Virus record (IMG/VR): IMGVR_UViG_3300042914_002167
From: a virus
Strand: one strand, 5' to 3'
DNA: 64,000 bases
Shown piece after piece: positions 8,915 through 18,414 of the stretch. Positions within the stretch are counted from its first letter, which is position 1, and every line of letters begins with the position of its first letter. The notes beneath the pieces were generated by a model, which was not told the DNA's origin, ran no database searches, and worked only from the letters and a program-made list of their open reading frames with translations. The translations under genes were made by a program, and so were the position numbers.

Positions 8915-9150
8915 CCGAAGAATCTGGATTAAAGATTCTCACATCAAAAGAATTTGAGGCAAAGATCAAATCAATGATGGAAAAATCTGACATTTCAATG
9001 ATTGAGTCAATAATTCATTATTGTGAAGTCAACAAGCTAGAGATTGAAACAGCAGCATCGTTGATCTCACCTCGCATGAAAAGTGAAATTGAAAATGAGG
9101 CGATCAATTCTCGCATGATAATCAGCAAGAAAGCGAGACTTCCAATTTGA
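8911..9150 (+). CDS. gp33: late transcription co-activator gp33-like
   Basis: ATGA-coupled start at 8911; IESIIHYCE...EIE...SLIS..K..IE.EA; gp33-gp59-gp32 synteny. Confidence 0.8.
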   Translation: MTEESGLKILTSKEFEAKIKSMMEKSDISMIESIIHYCEVNKLEIETAASLISPRMKSEIENEAINSRMIISKKARLPI

Positions 9151-9158
9151 GTACAGCA

Positions 9159-9755
9159 ATGGAAGCAATTGACGCATACAAAGTTTATGTTGCACTGAAG
9201 AATCATTTCACACAATCGTCTTATGACTACTTCAAGTATAACAAGAAGACAAGTGTGACATTTGATTCATTCCAGAAGCGTAGAGATAAAATTTTCTTTG
9301 CTAGACTAGGTAAACGAAAAGATTCTTATCTTGAAGAATTTCTAGTAGCTAATTTTCTTCGTGATCCTAAAGTCTGGATTGGTGAACTTCTATCTGAAGA
9401 CGCAGAGAATGTGTATAAAGAATGGAAGAAAAAACAAGAGTCAATCTCTTATCTGTTCAAGACTGAGATTGACTTTCTATCGGAGTATGACACAAAAGAA
9501 AAGTTGGATGAGTTCTTTGCAGTTCCAAAAGACGGCAGTCATCCAAGAATTTTTGTCATGCTCCTGAGAAAAGAAATCAGTACGGAAACGTATCTGATCC
9601 TAGATTCTATCTTGCAATTCTCAAGAAAGTATGATAGAATATACGATGATCCACTCTACAAAGAGATAAGCAATCAATGCAAAAAGTACCTGCCCTTCTT
9701 AAATCTAGACACACAAAAACAGAAGAATCATCTGAAGAGTTTGTTAGGGATGTGA
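9159..9755 (+). CDS. gp59: helicase loader gp59
   Basis: Y..YVALKNHFT..YDYFKY, F.KRRDK.FF, IS.ET..ILD; synteny with gp32. Confidence 0.88.
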   Translation: MEAIDAYKVYVALKNHFTQSSYDYFKYNKKTSVTFDSFQKRRDKIFFARLGKRKDSYLEEFLVANFLRDPKVWIGELLSEDAENVYKEWKKKQESISYLFKTEIDFLSEYDTKEKLDEFFAVPKDGSHPRIFVMLLRKEISTETYLILDSILQFSRKYDRIYDDPLYKEISNQCKKYLPFLNLDTQKQKNHLKSLLGM

Positions 9756-9880
9756 AGGAAAAAAAGAAACTTTGTGCATTGGTTCTGCCTAAGCGTAGCA
9801 TACATAGAGATGTACATCATGAATCAAGTGGACAAGCAAAACATACATCGTAAATACATCGCAATATAAGGAGCATACAA

Positions 9881-10798
9881 ATGGCTATAAATTTTTCTGA
9901 TCTCAAGCGTTCACGTAGCAAAGACCTAGAGAAGTTGACTGCACAAGTCAGCAAACTGGGTGGAGAAGGCGAAAAGAAGTCTTATGAAGACACTCGTTTC
10001 TGGAAGCCTCAAGTGGACAAAGCAGGTAACGGTTTCGCAACAATCCGTTTTCTTCCTGCACCTGGTGGCGAAGACATGCCCTGGGTTCAAGTGTTCTCTC
10101 ACGGCTTTCAAGGCCCCACTGGGAAGTGGTACATTGAGAACTCTCTGACGACTCTCAACAAGAAGGATCCTGTCTCTGAGTACAACACTCAGCTATGGAA
10201 CTCCGGTGTTGAATCCGACAAAGAGATTGCGCGAAAGCAAAAGCGCAAGTTGCAGTACATCGCTAACGTCTACATTGTGAAGGATCCCGCAAATCCAGAC
10301 AATGAAGGCAAGGTGTTCTTGTTCAAGTTTGGCAAGAAGATTTTTGACAAGCTGAACGATATGATGAATCCTGAGTTTGAGGATGAGTCTCCCGTCAATC
10401 CATTTGACATGTGGGAAGGCGCAAACTTCAAGTTGAAGATTCGCAGGGTCGAGGGTTATCCTAACTACGACAAGAGTGAATTCGACAAGGCAGCACCTCT
10501 GTCTGAAGATGATGATGAACTTGAGCGTATCTGGAAGGCTGAACATAAGTTGCAAGAGTTCCTTGAAGAAAAGAACTTCAAGACTTATGATGAGTTGAAG
10601 ACCAAACTACATGATGTGCTTGAATTGGGTGAGTCTAGCCCAGTTGCAGCAAAGCCAGCGGCACCAATCTCTCGCAAGCCTGAGATTGTAAAGCCTGCAC
10701 CTGCGCAGCCTAAGAAGACTGTTGAAGACGCAAAGCCTTGGCGAGATGAAGACGACTCTGATGACATGAGTTACTTCGAAAAACTCGCTGAAGAGTAA
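9881..10798 (+). CDS. gp32: single-stranded DNA-binding protein gp32
   Basis: D.RFWKP..DK.GNG.A.IRFLP, HGFQ, WYIENSLTT, GKKIFDK, GANFKLKIR, NYDKSEF and an acidic tail. Confidence 0.96.
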   Translation: MAINFSDLKRSRSKDLEKLTAQVSKLGGEGEKKSYEDTRFWKPQVDKAGNGFATIRFLPAPGGEDMPWVQVFSHGFQGPTGKWYIENSLTTLNKKDPVSEYNTQLWNSGVESDKEIARKQKRKLQYIANVYIVKDPANPDNEGKVFLFKFGKKIFDKLNDMMNPEFEDESPVNPFDMWEGANFKLKIRRVEGYPNYDKSEFDKAAPLSEDDDELERIWKAEHKLQEFLEEKNFKTYDELKTKLHDVLELGESSPVAAKPAAPISRKPEIVKPAPAQPKKTVEDAKPWRDEDDSDDMSYFEKLAEE

Positions 10799-10800
10799 AC

Positions 10801-10827
10801 AAAAGGAGCCTCAAGGCTCCTTTTTTT
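10801..10827. terminator. bidirectional intrinsic terminator
   Basis: AAAAGGAGCC-TCAA-GGCTCC-T7 between convergent genes. Confidence 0.88.
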
Positions 10828-10829
10828 CG

Positions 10830-13800
10830 TCAGTCAATAAATGACATTCTTCTAAAACTTCCGTATAGAACAGGATCACTGTTTCTCGTATCCGTGCTGA
10901 TGATTGTTGTGCTGGATGTCACTGAGTTGTCAACAACATTTGTTGGTGCTACAATTGCTGTGCTGTTTACATTACCTCCACCACCAGCAGCATTATCCAT
11001 TGTATTGTTGTATGATTGCTGAGTTTGATTGTAATAGTCTGTGACTGGTGTTCCACTGGTTGCAGCAGCAGTAGCAGTGCCTCCAGTAGTTGCTGATGTT
11101 GCAGCAGTTGCAGTGCCAGTTCTTCTCTTCAAATCAGCAGCGTTAAGCCCCATAGGATTACCGTTTTCATCGTAGCCCACGACACCGTTTCCCCCTGGAA
11201 CAAACGCTTTATCCTTCATACTCCATACCATATCAGTAGATGTCGACATTTCGTTTTCTCCGCCACCCGAAGTGACAGTATATCCCGCTTTTTCACTAAA
11301 GACATTTTCATAAGTTGGAGTCAACAAACTAGCATCTGTTGATCCCTTATTTGCAAATTCAGCCAATTGACCTGTTGTAGTAAAATCTGAAACTGTAGAT
11401 AAAGCCGATTTCTGTATTTCTGATCCAGCCATACTCTTCATCACATCAATGAGAGGAGGATTCATCTTTGTGTCAACGAAATCTTTAATGGCTTGAGGGA
11501 AAGTACTTGAAAGTTCAAACTTCTGCCCGCTGTCATACACTTTAGCGTTGTTTTTATAAATCTCATAAATGTAATAACTTGGATCTTCATTGTCACTACC
11601 AATTGCAATTGCTACTTCAAAAGTATCTTTACTTCCTACATTCTTTGCATGATCTGTCAAGATTTTTTTTGCTGTCGCAGCAAGACCATCTGTAATCTTT
11701 GTGTAATCTGCACTCACATTCTTATCATCTTTATGCCAACTTCTATCAAATCCACCACCCTTTGTCTTAGAGAATCCTGATATGTGGGGAGTGCCTCCTT
11801 TGGACATCGAAGCAAAAGCCAAAAGTGCAAATGCTGCAACAATTGTGACTGGATTTGTTAGGAATGCACCCACCTGAGACATCATTGTTGAACCAGCAGC
11901 AGCAGTACCACCAGCAGCAGCAGTACCACCACTCATAGCAGAACCTATTGCACCTTCCAAAGCACCGGCGGCTGTCATACCACCAGCGCCAGCCGCACCA
12001 CCAGCAGCAGCAGTACCAGCAGCAGCCGCAGCACCACCAGCAGCAGCAGTACCACCACCAGCAGCAGCAACGGCAGATTCAACCAGAGCAGCATTGATAG
12101 GAGCGGAAGCTGTCGCTCCTATTTGTGCGCCAGTAATTCCAAGTTTACCCGCTAACCAAGGAGAAGCCGCAACTAGACTTTGAGCAGCACCAGTGCCACT
12201 GATAGCAGATTGAATTGCGGGAATTGCAAATTTTTTTATTCCATACTTTATGCCTTCACCCAAGACAAGATCCGCAATCATCTTCTTCTTCGGATCTTTT
12301 ATGTTCTTTGTCAATCCGCCGGCGATTTTGTATGTAGCATATGACGTCAGTAAGTTTCCGCCAAAAGACATTAGATTGTCAAAGAAACCTCCGCCTCCAC
12401 CACCACCTCCGCCTCCAAACCCTCCACCTCCACCACCTCCACCACCTCCACCAAAGCCACCACTGCCACCACCAAAGCCAGTGAACATGCGAAGCATAGA
12501 GTTTCCTAGACCGGAGATAGAGTCAATCATTCCACCAAAGAAACCTTGATCGTCTTTTAGAGTTGACTGATCCGCTAGAGTTGCGTTTGTTGTCTGCAAC
12601 TCTTGAGGCACTACATCATTAGCCTCTAAGAATGCACTCTGTTCTCTTTGTGTGATTGGTCTCGGTGCATTAGGTACAGAAGCGCCAGATGACCCTCTTT
12701 CAAATAGTTTACTTATACTAGCACCCGGAGCACCACCTTTTGTTGGACCAAATCCAAACAGACTACTCAAGCCTTGAGATACAAAATCACCACCTGCTGA
12801 CGCAATCTTATTAAAATTTATCTTTCCGTCTTTACCCAAAAGTTCAAGATTGGGGAAGAATTTATCCACTGTGCTCAGAAGTGTAGTTGAGCCAGTTGGC
12901 ACACCTGTCAGATTGAAGATGAGTTGTTCTCTTGCTAACTTACGCTGTTGCTTGTTGCCGGCGAAGTTGCCTAGAATCTGCCCCATGTTGAAACTTTGGA
13001 AAGTATTGCCAAAGAGCCCCTGCTTCGGTCCACCAAATCCAAGACCTCTTCCAACACTACCAGCAAACTTTTCTATGCCCAGCCCGAGTGCTTCACCTGC
13101 AACACCACCGTACGCTCTACCCACCTTCTTACCAAAAATCTTTGAAAGGAACTGAGTAGACTTCTGCCCTAGTTTTAGTTCTCTGCCTGCTACACCAGCC
13201 AAGAATCCGTCTTGTGCACCCTGAGCGCGTGAGACACCAGTCTGCCCTCTAGGGAAAAACAATTTGTTCAGTTCACTACTGATTAGATTCTTTGTGATGT
13301 TTCCTGTTGTTTTGATCAGGCGCTGAAAGCGATCATCAAAAAACTTTTGTCGTTTTTCTTCATCCGACAGTTTTCTTTTTGCAACCGAAACTCCTCTAGA
13401 TGTTGGAACTGCAACTCCCGCTATATTTCTAAATCCAATGGGTCCACCAGATTCGGCTTGTCTTGCAAACTTAGCCAGTTCTCTTGTGTGATCCGCAGTA
13501 GCTTCATTGCTATCTACAAGTCTTTCAGTGAGACTTTTTCCTGCCAGAGGAACCGTAGTGCCAGAACCACCACTCATAGCAGAAGCTATTGCACCTTCCA
13601 ATGCAGCAGTACTACCTCCTACCATTCCTCTACGAACTGGTTCAGGATCGCGATTGACGCCAACTAGTCTTATTAGACCACCTCTATTGGTATCAGAGTA
13701 ATTTGGTATTCGTGCTCTTTTTACAGCCACAGCAGCTAATATGGCAGCCCTCAGTTTTTCTTTTTTAGTTATTTTATCTTCAGGGCTCATTGGCTGTTGG

Positions 13801-15284
13801 GCTGCCATTCTTTCAGCGGTAGCTCTTTGACCAGTCTCTGAACCACGCCTAACTCCGTTTCTAGTAATTTGACTTTGGAGGTCACTTTGCTGCGCATCTA
13901 TTTCCTGCAACTCATATTGTCTAAGGAAAATCTTATCTTGTACATCCTTAAGACGTTTTTGTGTAATTTCTTTCTTAGCTGGATCAGTTTCTTTATTTAA
14001 TTGATCTTGTAATATTTTCTCTTGAGTTTCTAATCCGTAATTACCATATTTGTCCTTTTCACCAGGTCCATTTATTCCCCTTAGATCCAACATAGCAGTT
14101 CTTCTAGAAACCTCTAGTTTGTCTATACTTCTTCTTAAGTCACCTTCTTTCTGCGCACTCTGTATACCAGACTGCCTAAGCGACTCAAAAACTGCATCAA
14201 TAGAAGATTGATTAATCTTAGCTTTATTTCCTGCTACATCTTTATGGTAACTATCTCCTGTTCCCGGCATAGGCACGGCTGCCCATTTTTTAGCTAAATC
14301 AATCTGCGCCTGTTCTTTTGTTACGCTTTTGTCTCCCGCGAAATAACGCTTTGTTGTCTCGGGAAGAATTTTATTAAATAATTGATCTTGAAATGTTTTG
14401 TCAAATTTAGTTTTTGATGGATCTATGCCCATCTCTCGCACATTTTCAGCAAGAGTGCTTGGTATTACTTGATATCTACCCGCAGCAAACAATCCTCCTG
14501 GACCTTTATTTTCTTGTAAAGTCATGACCTGCTGTACAGTCATGGCTTCAAGGTTCATTGGTGGACCAGTCAATCCCGCTTTGGCTTTTCCATTCTCATC
14601 ACGCATATTGTATGCGTTATATCCGGCGGGACCAGCCTCACCTCCAGCAATCAAATCCCTGAGAGATTCCATATTTCCAGAAGGACCAGAAGAGGGTCCT
14701 GGGCGAGGACCTCCACCAGCAGCAGCCCTTGCAGCACCTAAAATCCCTGCTGCGCCAAGAGCAGCAAGAAACACTGGATGACGAATAAGTCTACCCGCGG
14801 CGCGGGCTAGCCCACCGAGCCCGCCGATCGGAATAATGTTTGTATCTCCACCGCCGCCTGCACCACCACCAGCACCTCCACCACCAGCTCCACCACCATC
14901 CAAAGAATCACGAATGTCCTCTAGAGTAGAGAGCATCTTCTCATCTAGAAGTCTCTTCTCGTTTGCATTCTCTTCAGCAAACTTATCATCACGCGCAATC
15001 TTCTCGCGCATGATTCTGGTATCTTTGGCGAGTTGAGTCAGCCACTTGTTAGAGTCACCGAGATACTGAGACTGTTTCTTCTCTTGCTTTGTTTGCTCTT
15101 TCTGTTCTTTCTCTTGTTTTTTGTTTGCTTCCTCAACCTCTTTTCTCACTTCGGAAATGAAGTCTGATGCGGATTGAATGAAACGTGGAACAATAGCTTG
15201 TTTGACACCTTGAACCAAGTCAGATGCAGTGCCCTTGACTGTATCAAGTGTCTTCTTAGCTAATACTTCTGAGAATTGAGCCAT
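10830..15284 (-). CDS. tape-measure/baseplate-hub-like protein with lysozyme-like domain
   Basis: 1484 aa, helical and Gly/Ala-rich; LIAGGE...YN and AAGRYQVIPSTL...FD...QD...W lysozyme-like motif; located downstream of gp26/gp51 (the gp29 position). Confidence 0.7.
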   Translation of the reverse strand: MAQFSEVLAKKTLDTVKGTASDLVQGVKQAIVPRFIQSASDFISEVRKEVEEANKKQEKEQKEQTKQEKKQSQYLGDSNKWLTQLAKDTRIMREKIARDDKFAEENANEKRLLDEKMLSTLEDIRDSLDGGGAGGGGAGGGAGGGGDTNIIPIGGLGGLARAAGRLIRHPVFLAALGAAGILGAARAAAGGGPRPGPSSGPSGNMESLRDLIAGGEAGPAGYNAYNMRDENGKAKAGLTGPPMNLEAMTVQQVMTLQENKGPGGLFAAGRYQVIPSTLAENVREMGIDPSKTKFDKTFQDQLFNKILPETTKRYFAGDKSVTKEQAQIDLAKKWAAVPMPGTGDSYHKDVAGNKAKINQSSIDAVFESLRQSGIQSAQKEGDLRRSIDKLEVSRRTAMLDLRGINGPGEKDKYGNYGLETQEKILQDQLNKETDPAKKEITQKRLKDVQDKIFLRQYELQEIDAQQSDLQSQITRNGVRRGSETGQRATAERMAAQQPMSPEDKITKKEKLRAAILAAVAVKRARIPNYSDTNRGGLIRLVGVNRDPEPVRRGMVGGSTAALEGAIASAMSGGSGTTVPLAGKSLTERLVDSNEATADHTRELAKFARQAESGGPIGFRNIAGVAVPTSRGVSVAKRKLSDEEKRQKFFDDRFQRLIKTTGNITKNLISSELNKLFFPRGQTGVSRAQGAQDGFLAGVAGRELKLGQKSTQFLSKIFGKKVGRAYGGVAGEALGLGIEKFAGSVGRGLGFGGPKQGLFGNTFQSFNMGQILGNFAGNKQQRKLAREQLIFNLTGVPTGSTTLLSTVDKFFPNLELLGKDGKINFNKIASAGGDFVSQGLSSLFGFGPTKGGAPGASISKLFERGSSGASVPNAPRPITQREQSAFLEANDVVPQELQTTNATLADQSTLKDDQGFFGGMIDSISGLGNSMLRMFTGFGGGSGGFGGGGGGGGGGGFGGGGGGGGGGFFDNLMSFGGNLLTSYATYKIAGGLTKNIKDPKKKMIADLVLGEGIKYGIKKFAIPAIQSAISGTGAAQSLVAASPWLAGKLGITGAQIGATASAPINAALVESAVAAAGGGTAAAGGAAAAAGTAAAGGAAGAGGMTAAGALEGAIGSAMSGGTAAAGGTAAAGSTMMSQVGAFLTNPVTIVAAFALLAFASMSKGGTPHISGFSKTKGGGFDRSWHKDDKNVSADYTKITDGLAATAKKILTDHAKNVGSKDTFEVAIAIGSDNEDPSYYIYEIYKNNAKVYDSGQKFELSSTFPQAIKDFVDTKMNPPLIDVMKSMAGSEIQKSALSTVSDFTTTGQLAEFANKGSTDASLLTPTYENVFSEKAGYTVTSGGGENEMSTSTDMVWSMKDKAFVPGGNGVVGYDENGNPMGLNAADLKRRTGTATAATSATTGGTATAAATSGTPVTDYYNQTQQSYNNTMDNAAGGGGNVNSTAIVAPTNVVDNSVTSSTTIISTDTRNSDPVLYGSFRRMSFID
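11893..12070. repeat. low-complexity tandem repeats (CCAGCAGCAGCAGTA-like) encoding GGTAAA
   Basis: Repeated ccagcagcagcagtacca units within the tape-measure-like gene. Confidence 0.7.
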
Positions 15285-15289
15285 TTGTG

Positions 15290-15667
15290 TTATCTTTCTT
15301 CTGTGTCTCTTTGTCTAGTTGGCGAATAGTCTCTTTCACCCTCACTGTCTCCGCTGATATATGGCGATTGTCTTATCGGATAAGACGATCTAGACGGCGT
15401 GAAATTCATCATTCCCATTTTCTCTTGACCACGACTCCACGCGGTCACACCTAGAATTGCGCCCATAGATAAATGAAAAAGCCCGGCGCCTTGAAGTGTC
15501 AGGGGCATCCAGGCTTCTGTGACATTACCTTTGTATGATGATTGAAAAATGCTCCAAAGAATAGGCGCAATAATGAAATCAAACAAGCATATGATCATGT
15601 ACGACCACGCCATCGCTGGTCGCCATCTCTTAGTGAACCAAGTCTCTTTGATCTCGTTGCCTGACAT
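15290..15667 (-). CDS. holin-like membrane protein (GTA 3TM holin-like)
   Basis: KRWRPAMAWSY...FDF..AP and FHL.MGAILG..AW.R..EK motifs; hydrophobic helices. Confidence 0.7.
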   Translation of the reverse strand: MSGNEIKETWFTKRWRPAMAWSYMIICLFDFIIAPILWSIFQSSYKGNVTEAWMPLTLQGAGLFHLSMGAILGVTAWSRGQEKMGMMNFTPSRSSYPIRQSPYISGDSEGERDYSPTRQRDTEER

Positions 15668-15673
15668 CTACAT

Positions 15674-15880
15674 TCACCTTCTTCTTCCTCCTCTACCAGA
15701 GGATTGTTGTTGCTGTTGCTGTATTTTCTGATTTCTCTCATCAATATGCTGAGACAACAACAGAATGTAAATGTCTCTTTCAAACGGTAGCATTTGTTCC
15801 AACTCATGCAGACTATATTTATGATGCTGCATCAAGTTGAAGTTTGTTTTATAGTAGTTCGCTAGGTTATCGAACCCCAT
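15674..15880 (-). CDS. gp51: baseplate hub assembly catalyst gp51
   Basis: L.NYYKTNF.LMQHHKYSL.ELE.M.PFER.IY..LL. Confidence 0.88.
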   Translation of the reverse strand: MGFDNLANYYKTNFNLMQHHKYSLHELEQMLPFERDIYILLLSQHIDERNQKIQQQQQQSSGRGGRRR

Positions 15881-15882
15881 TA

Positions 15883-16614
15883 TTAGGCGAAAAAACTTTG
15901 CATACCCTCCAATGTCACTGTGTCATCACAACCACACTCTTTGCACTTCCATGTGATAGTGTGCTTTAGCTTAGGCATTGTCTGGAAGAACTGCACAATC
16001 TTTTCAAATTGTGCTTGTGAGAGTTGATCTACCCATTCAACTAGTTCAGATTCTTTCATATCTGCCCTAGAGTACACATTGTCTTTATCAAAAATGTAAT
16101 CCGTACATTCTTTGATAGCTTCAATTGCACCCTCAATCTGATTCTTACCGGAAACCATTTCAGAAATGTTGATCTTTGGATAGTTGAGTTTGATTCCAAT
16201 ACCACTTACATCATCAAGAATGATTTTATCAGTGTGCCCTTCTTCTTTTTCTACTTCAATTTCCATTAGATTGAGTTTGAAGTTTGTCACATGTGCGCAT
16301 TGATCCCCATTTGAATTTACTCTATTTCCGTGTTGAAGGCGAAGATCAACCTGTTCACCGACGGACTTTGCTCTGAGTTTGGTGAAGAAATACTCAAGAT
16401 CAAAGATTGGCATTTTATCAACATCAATATTGTCCACTGCGCAGTTGTTGACAATTTGCTTGATTGCATTGATTGTGTCTTTTTCTGCGTCACTCTCCAT
16501 TGCAATCAAAAGAATCTTTTGTTCTTTGACGAGAAATGGGCGATAGCGAATCGGTGATTCAGTTGATGGCAAAGTCAACTCAAAAATTGGTGCCTCTAGT
16601 TTTGGTAAAGCCAT
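15883..16614 (-). CDS. gp26: baseplate hub subunit gp26
   Basis: MALPK, YRPFLVKEQKILL.A.ES, FD.EY.F.KLRAKSVGE, C..C and LEG..SFF. Confidence 0.92.
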   Translation of the reverse strand: MALPKLEAPIFELTLPSTESPIRYRPFLVKEQKILLIAMESDAEKDTINAIKQIVNNCAVDNIDVDKMPIFDLEYFFTKLRAKSVGEQVDLRLQHGNRVNSNGDQCAHVTNFKLNLMEIEVEKEEGHTDKIILDDVSGIGIKLNYPKINISEMVSGKNQIEGAIEAIKECTDYIFDKDNVYSRADMKESELVEWVDQLSQAQFEKIVQFFQTMPKLKHTITWKCKECGCDDTVTLEGMQSFFA

Positions 16615-16648
16615 GTTATATTCCTTTCATAGTAATAACAAGTTTCAT

Positions 16649-17284
16649 TTAGTAGTTTTGTAGTGGATACATCATCACATGGTATCTATATGACATCGTA
16701 ACAGTGAATCTCTGATAAGTATTAGATTCTTCCCAAGCAAGTGTCATTGGGCTCAATGCAATCGGAAATACATCATACAATCTATATTTTAGAATTGGCT
16801 GGCCAGCAGAATCAACTTGAGTTATTGATATATCCGCGCCAGAAGCAAAATCATCATAAAATCTCACTAATCCACCCAATCCGTGGTCTTTACTAGGTGA
16901 AGCGACAATCTCTTCCATCCAAGATTCAAATAATCTTCTTTCAAACATATCTTCAGAGCATATGAATGTCAATTGAATATCACTGTATGTAACATCATAT
17001 GGAAGTTTTAAGCTAGGACCACTTGATGTGTCATCTATAGTTGCAATTGTTTTGCCGGGTATTTCAGCCCGTTCACATCTAAACTCAATATTATCTAAAG
17101 GTCCGGAAAGCGCATAGTCCATTTTTTTCAATATCGGAGAAAGACTCCAAAATTTAACTACGAATAGATTTGGTCGAACAATATTGCCCACTTTGCTTCT
17201 AAATTTGTCTATACTGAATGATGTTGCTGTTCCAGTTGTTACAACCTGCTGGTCTGGTGCGACCAATTCTTGTTCTGTTGCCAT
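16649..17284 (-). CDS. tail tube-like protein (gp19/gp54 family)
   Basis: RPN.F.V, C...EIPG, Y.D..LTF, FE.W, FP..L....L.W and F.V...YR tube-fold motifs. Confidence 0.75.
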   Translation of the reverse strand: MATEQELVAPDQQVVTTGTATSFSIDKFRSKVGNIVRPNLFVVKFWSLSPILKKMDYALSGPLDNIEFRCERAEIPGKTIATIDDTSSGPSLKLPYDVTYSDIQLTFICSEDMFERRLFESWMEEIVASPSKDHGLGGLVRFYDDFASGADISITQVDSAGQPILKYRLYDVFPIALSPMTLAWEESNTYQRFTVTMSYRYHVMMYPLQNY

Positions 17285-17302
17285 TTGATTATCTCAGTAT
17301 AG

Positions 17303-17905
17303 TTATTTTACTTGAAGGAGTGAATCTGCCCAGACATCTTGCGCAGATGCTTTCTTGAAATTCTCTGTCGGCAAAAAGATAGTAATATCCCACTCTTTTG
17401 CAGTAACTTCAAAGAATGGTGATCTCACATGCTCATAGAGATATCTTTTCACTGTAGGCTTGAATAGTTTGAATTTGGATGCGCCAGCCAGCACTTTATA
17501 AGTTGCAACAATCTTCGTATTTTCATTGAATCTCTTATCCGATGAAACAGTATATAAAGCATTCATCAGTTTAGCCCTAGACACTGGAGGTAGATAGTGG
17601 AAGTTTATGCCCAAAAAGCCATCTGAGTAAGTTTCAATTGGGAATATAACAGGAAAAGTATCGTAGTATGGCAAGGTTTTCTTATTCTTTGGGTCATAAC
17701 TAAACATATACATCATACCTGGGCTCAGAGTAGATACTTTTCTTTTTGGCTCAAATCTACGCTCAATATTACCAGAACTTAGACGCCTATCTCCATTTGC
17801 TATTTGACTAGCAGCATCGCGATACCATTCTCTTGCGAGTTTTGTTCTAGCTGGAACTTGACCAGCAGCTAAACCTCTTTGAAGAATCTCTTTGAACAGA
17901 AGCAT
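17303..17905 (-). CDS. gp2: DNA end protector gp2
   Basis: G.MY.F.YDPK.K..LPYYD.FP, GINFHYLP and KRYL..HV.S. Confidence 0.92.
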   Translation of the reverse strand: MLLFKEILQRGLAAGQVPARTKLAREWYRDAASQIANGDRRLSSGNIERRFEPKRKVSTLSPGMMYMFSYDPKNKKTLPYYDTFPVIFPIETYSDGFLGINFHYLPPVSRAKLMNALYTVSSDKRFNENTKIVATYKVLAGASKFKLFKPTVKRYLYEHVRSPFFEVTAKEWDITIFLPTENFKKASAQDVWADSLLQVK

Positions 17906-17946
17906 TTATGATTTCCAGAAGTTGATAATGTGATTGTTGTTTATAT

Positions 17947-18381
17947 TTATGTCAGTTCTTTCTCAGTTATTATCTTAAATTCCCATTTTCTGTCTTTGCA
18001 ATACTCCACTGCCGCTTTCCACTTAGATTCATTGACTCCCCATGTCTTGACCTCAGTGATAAACCGTCTGGTGATCTTCCCCTCTGGGCGTTTTGGTGGC
18101 GAAGTCTGACTCTTCGGCTTGACCTCAACCAAGACCGTCCTAAGGGCTCCTGCCCCATCTCTGTACTGGATCATGAAGTCTACAAAGTAGCGATGGTATC
18201 GGTTGTCTATCGGTGACACATACGGAATAACTACTTCTTCCGACGACCATTTCAGGATGTGAGATTTAGTGTCGCAATACACCATGAATCTACGCTCAAG
18301 TAGACTCCGATATATGATAGTGGTTGGATCACCATCATATTTATTTGGATTCTGAGGTTTGTATCTACCTTTGTATGACAT
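17947..18381 (-). CDS. gp4: head completion nuclease gp4
   Basis: YKG.Y.P.NP.KY.GD, YRSL.ERRFM, W.SEE..IPY, RYFVDF and EVKP. Confidence 0.94.
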   Translation of the reverse strand: MSYKGRYKPQNPNKYDGDPTTIIYRSLLERRFMVYCDTKSHILKWSSEEVVIPYVSPIDNRYHRYFVDFMIQYRDGAGALRTVLVEVKPKSQTSPPKRPEGKITRRFITEVKTWGVNESKWKAAVEYCKDRKWEFKIITEKELT

Positions 18382-18388
18382 ATAAATA
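18381..18388 (+). promoter_or_regulatory. T4-type late promoter
   Basis: TATAAATA about 26 bp upstream of the gp48-like start. Confidence 0.75.
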
Positions 18389-18414
18389 GTTTATCTTAAA
18401 TGGAAAGTAAATAG

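Noticed and set aside
12250-15036. Pro-rich plus-strand ORFs
   Set aside because: They are shadows of poly-Gly codons in the minus-strand tape-measure-like gene.
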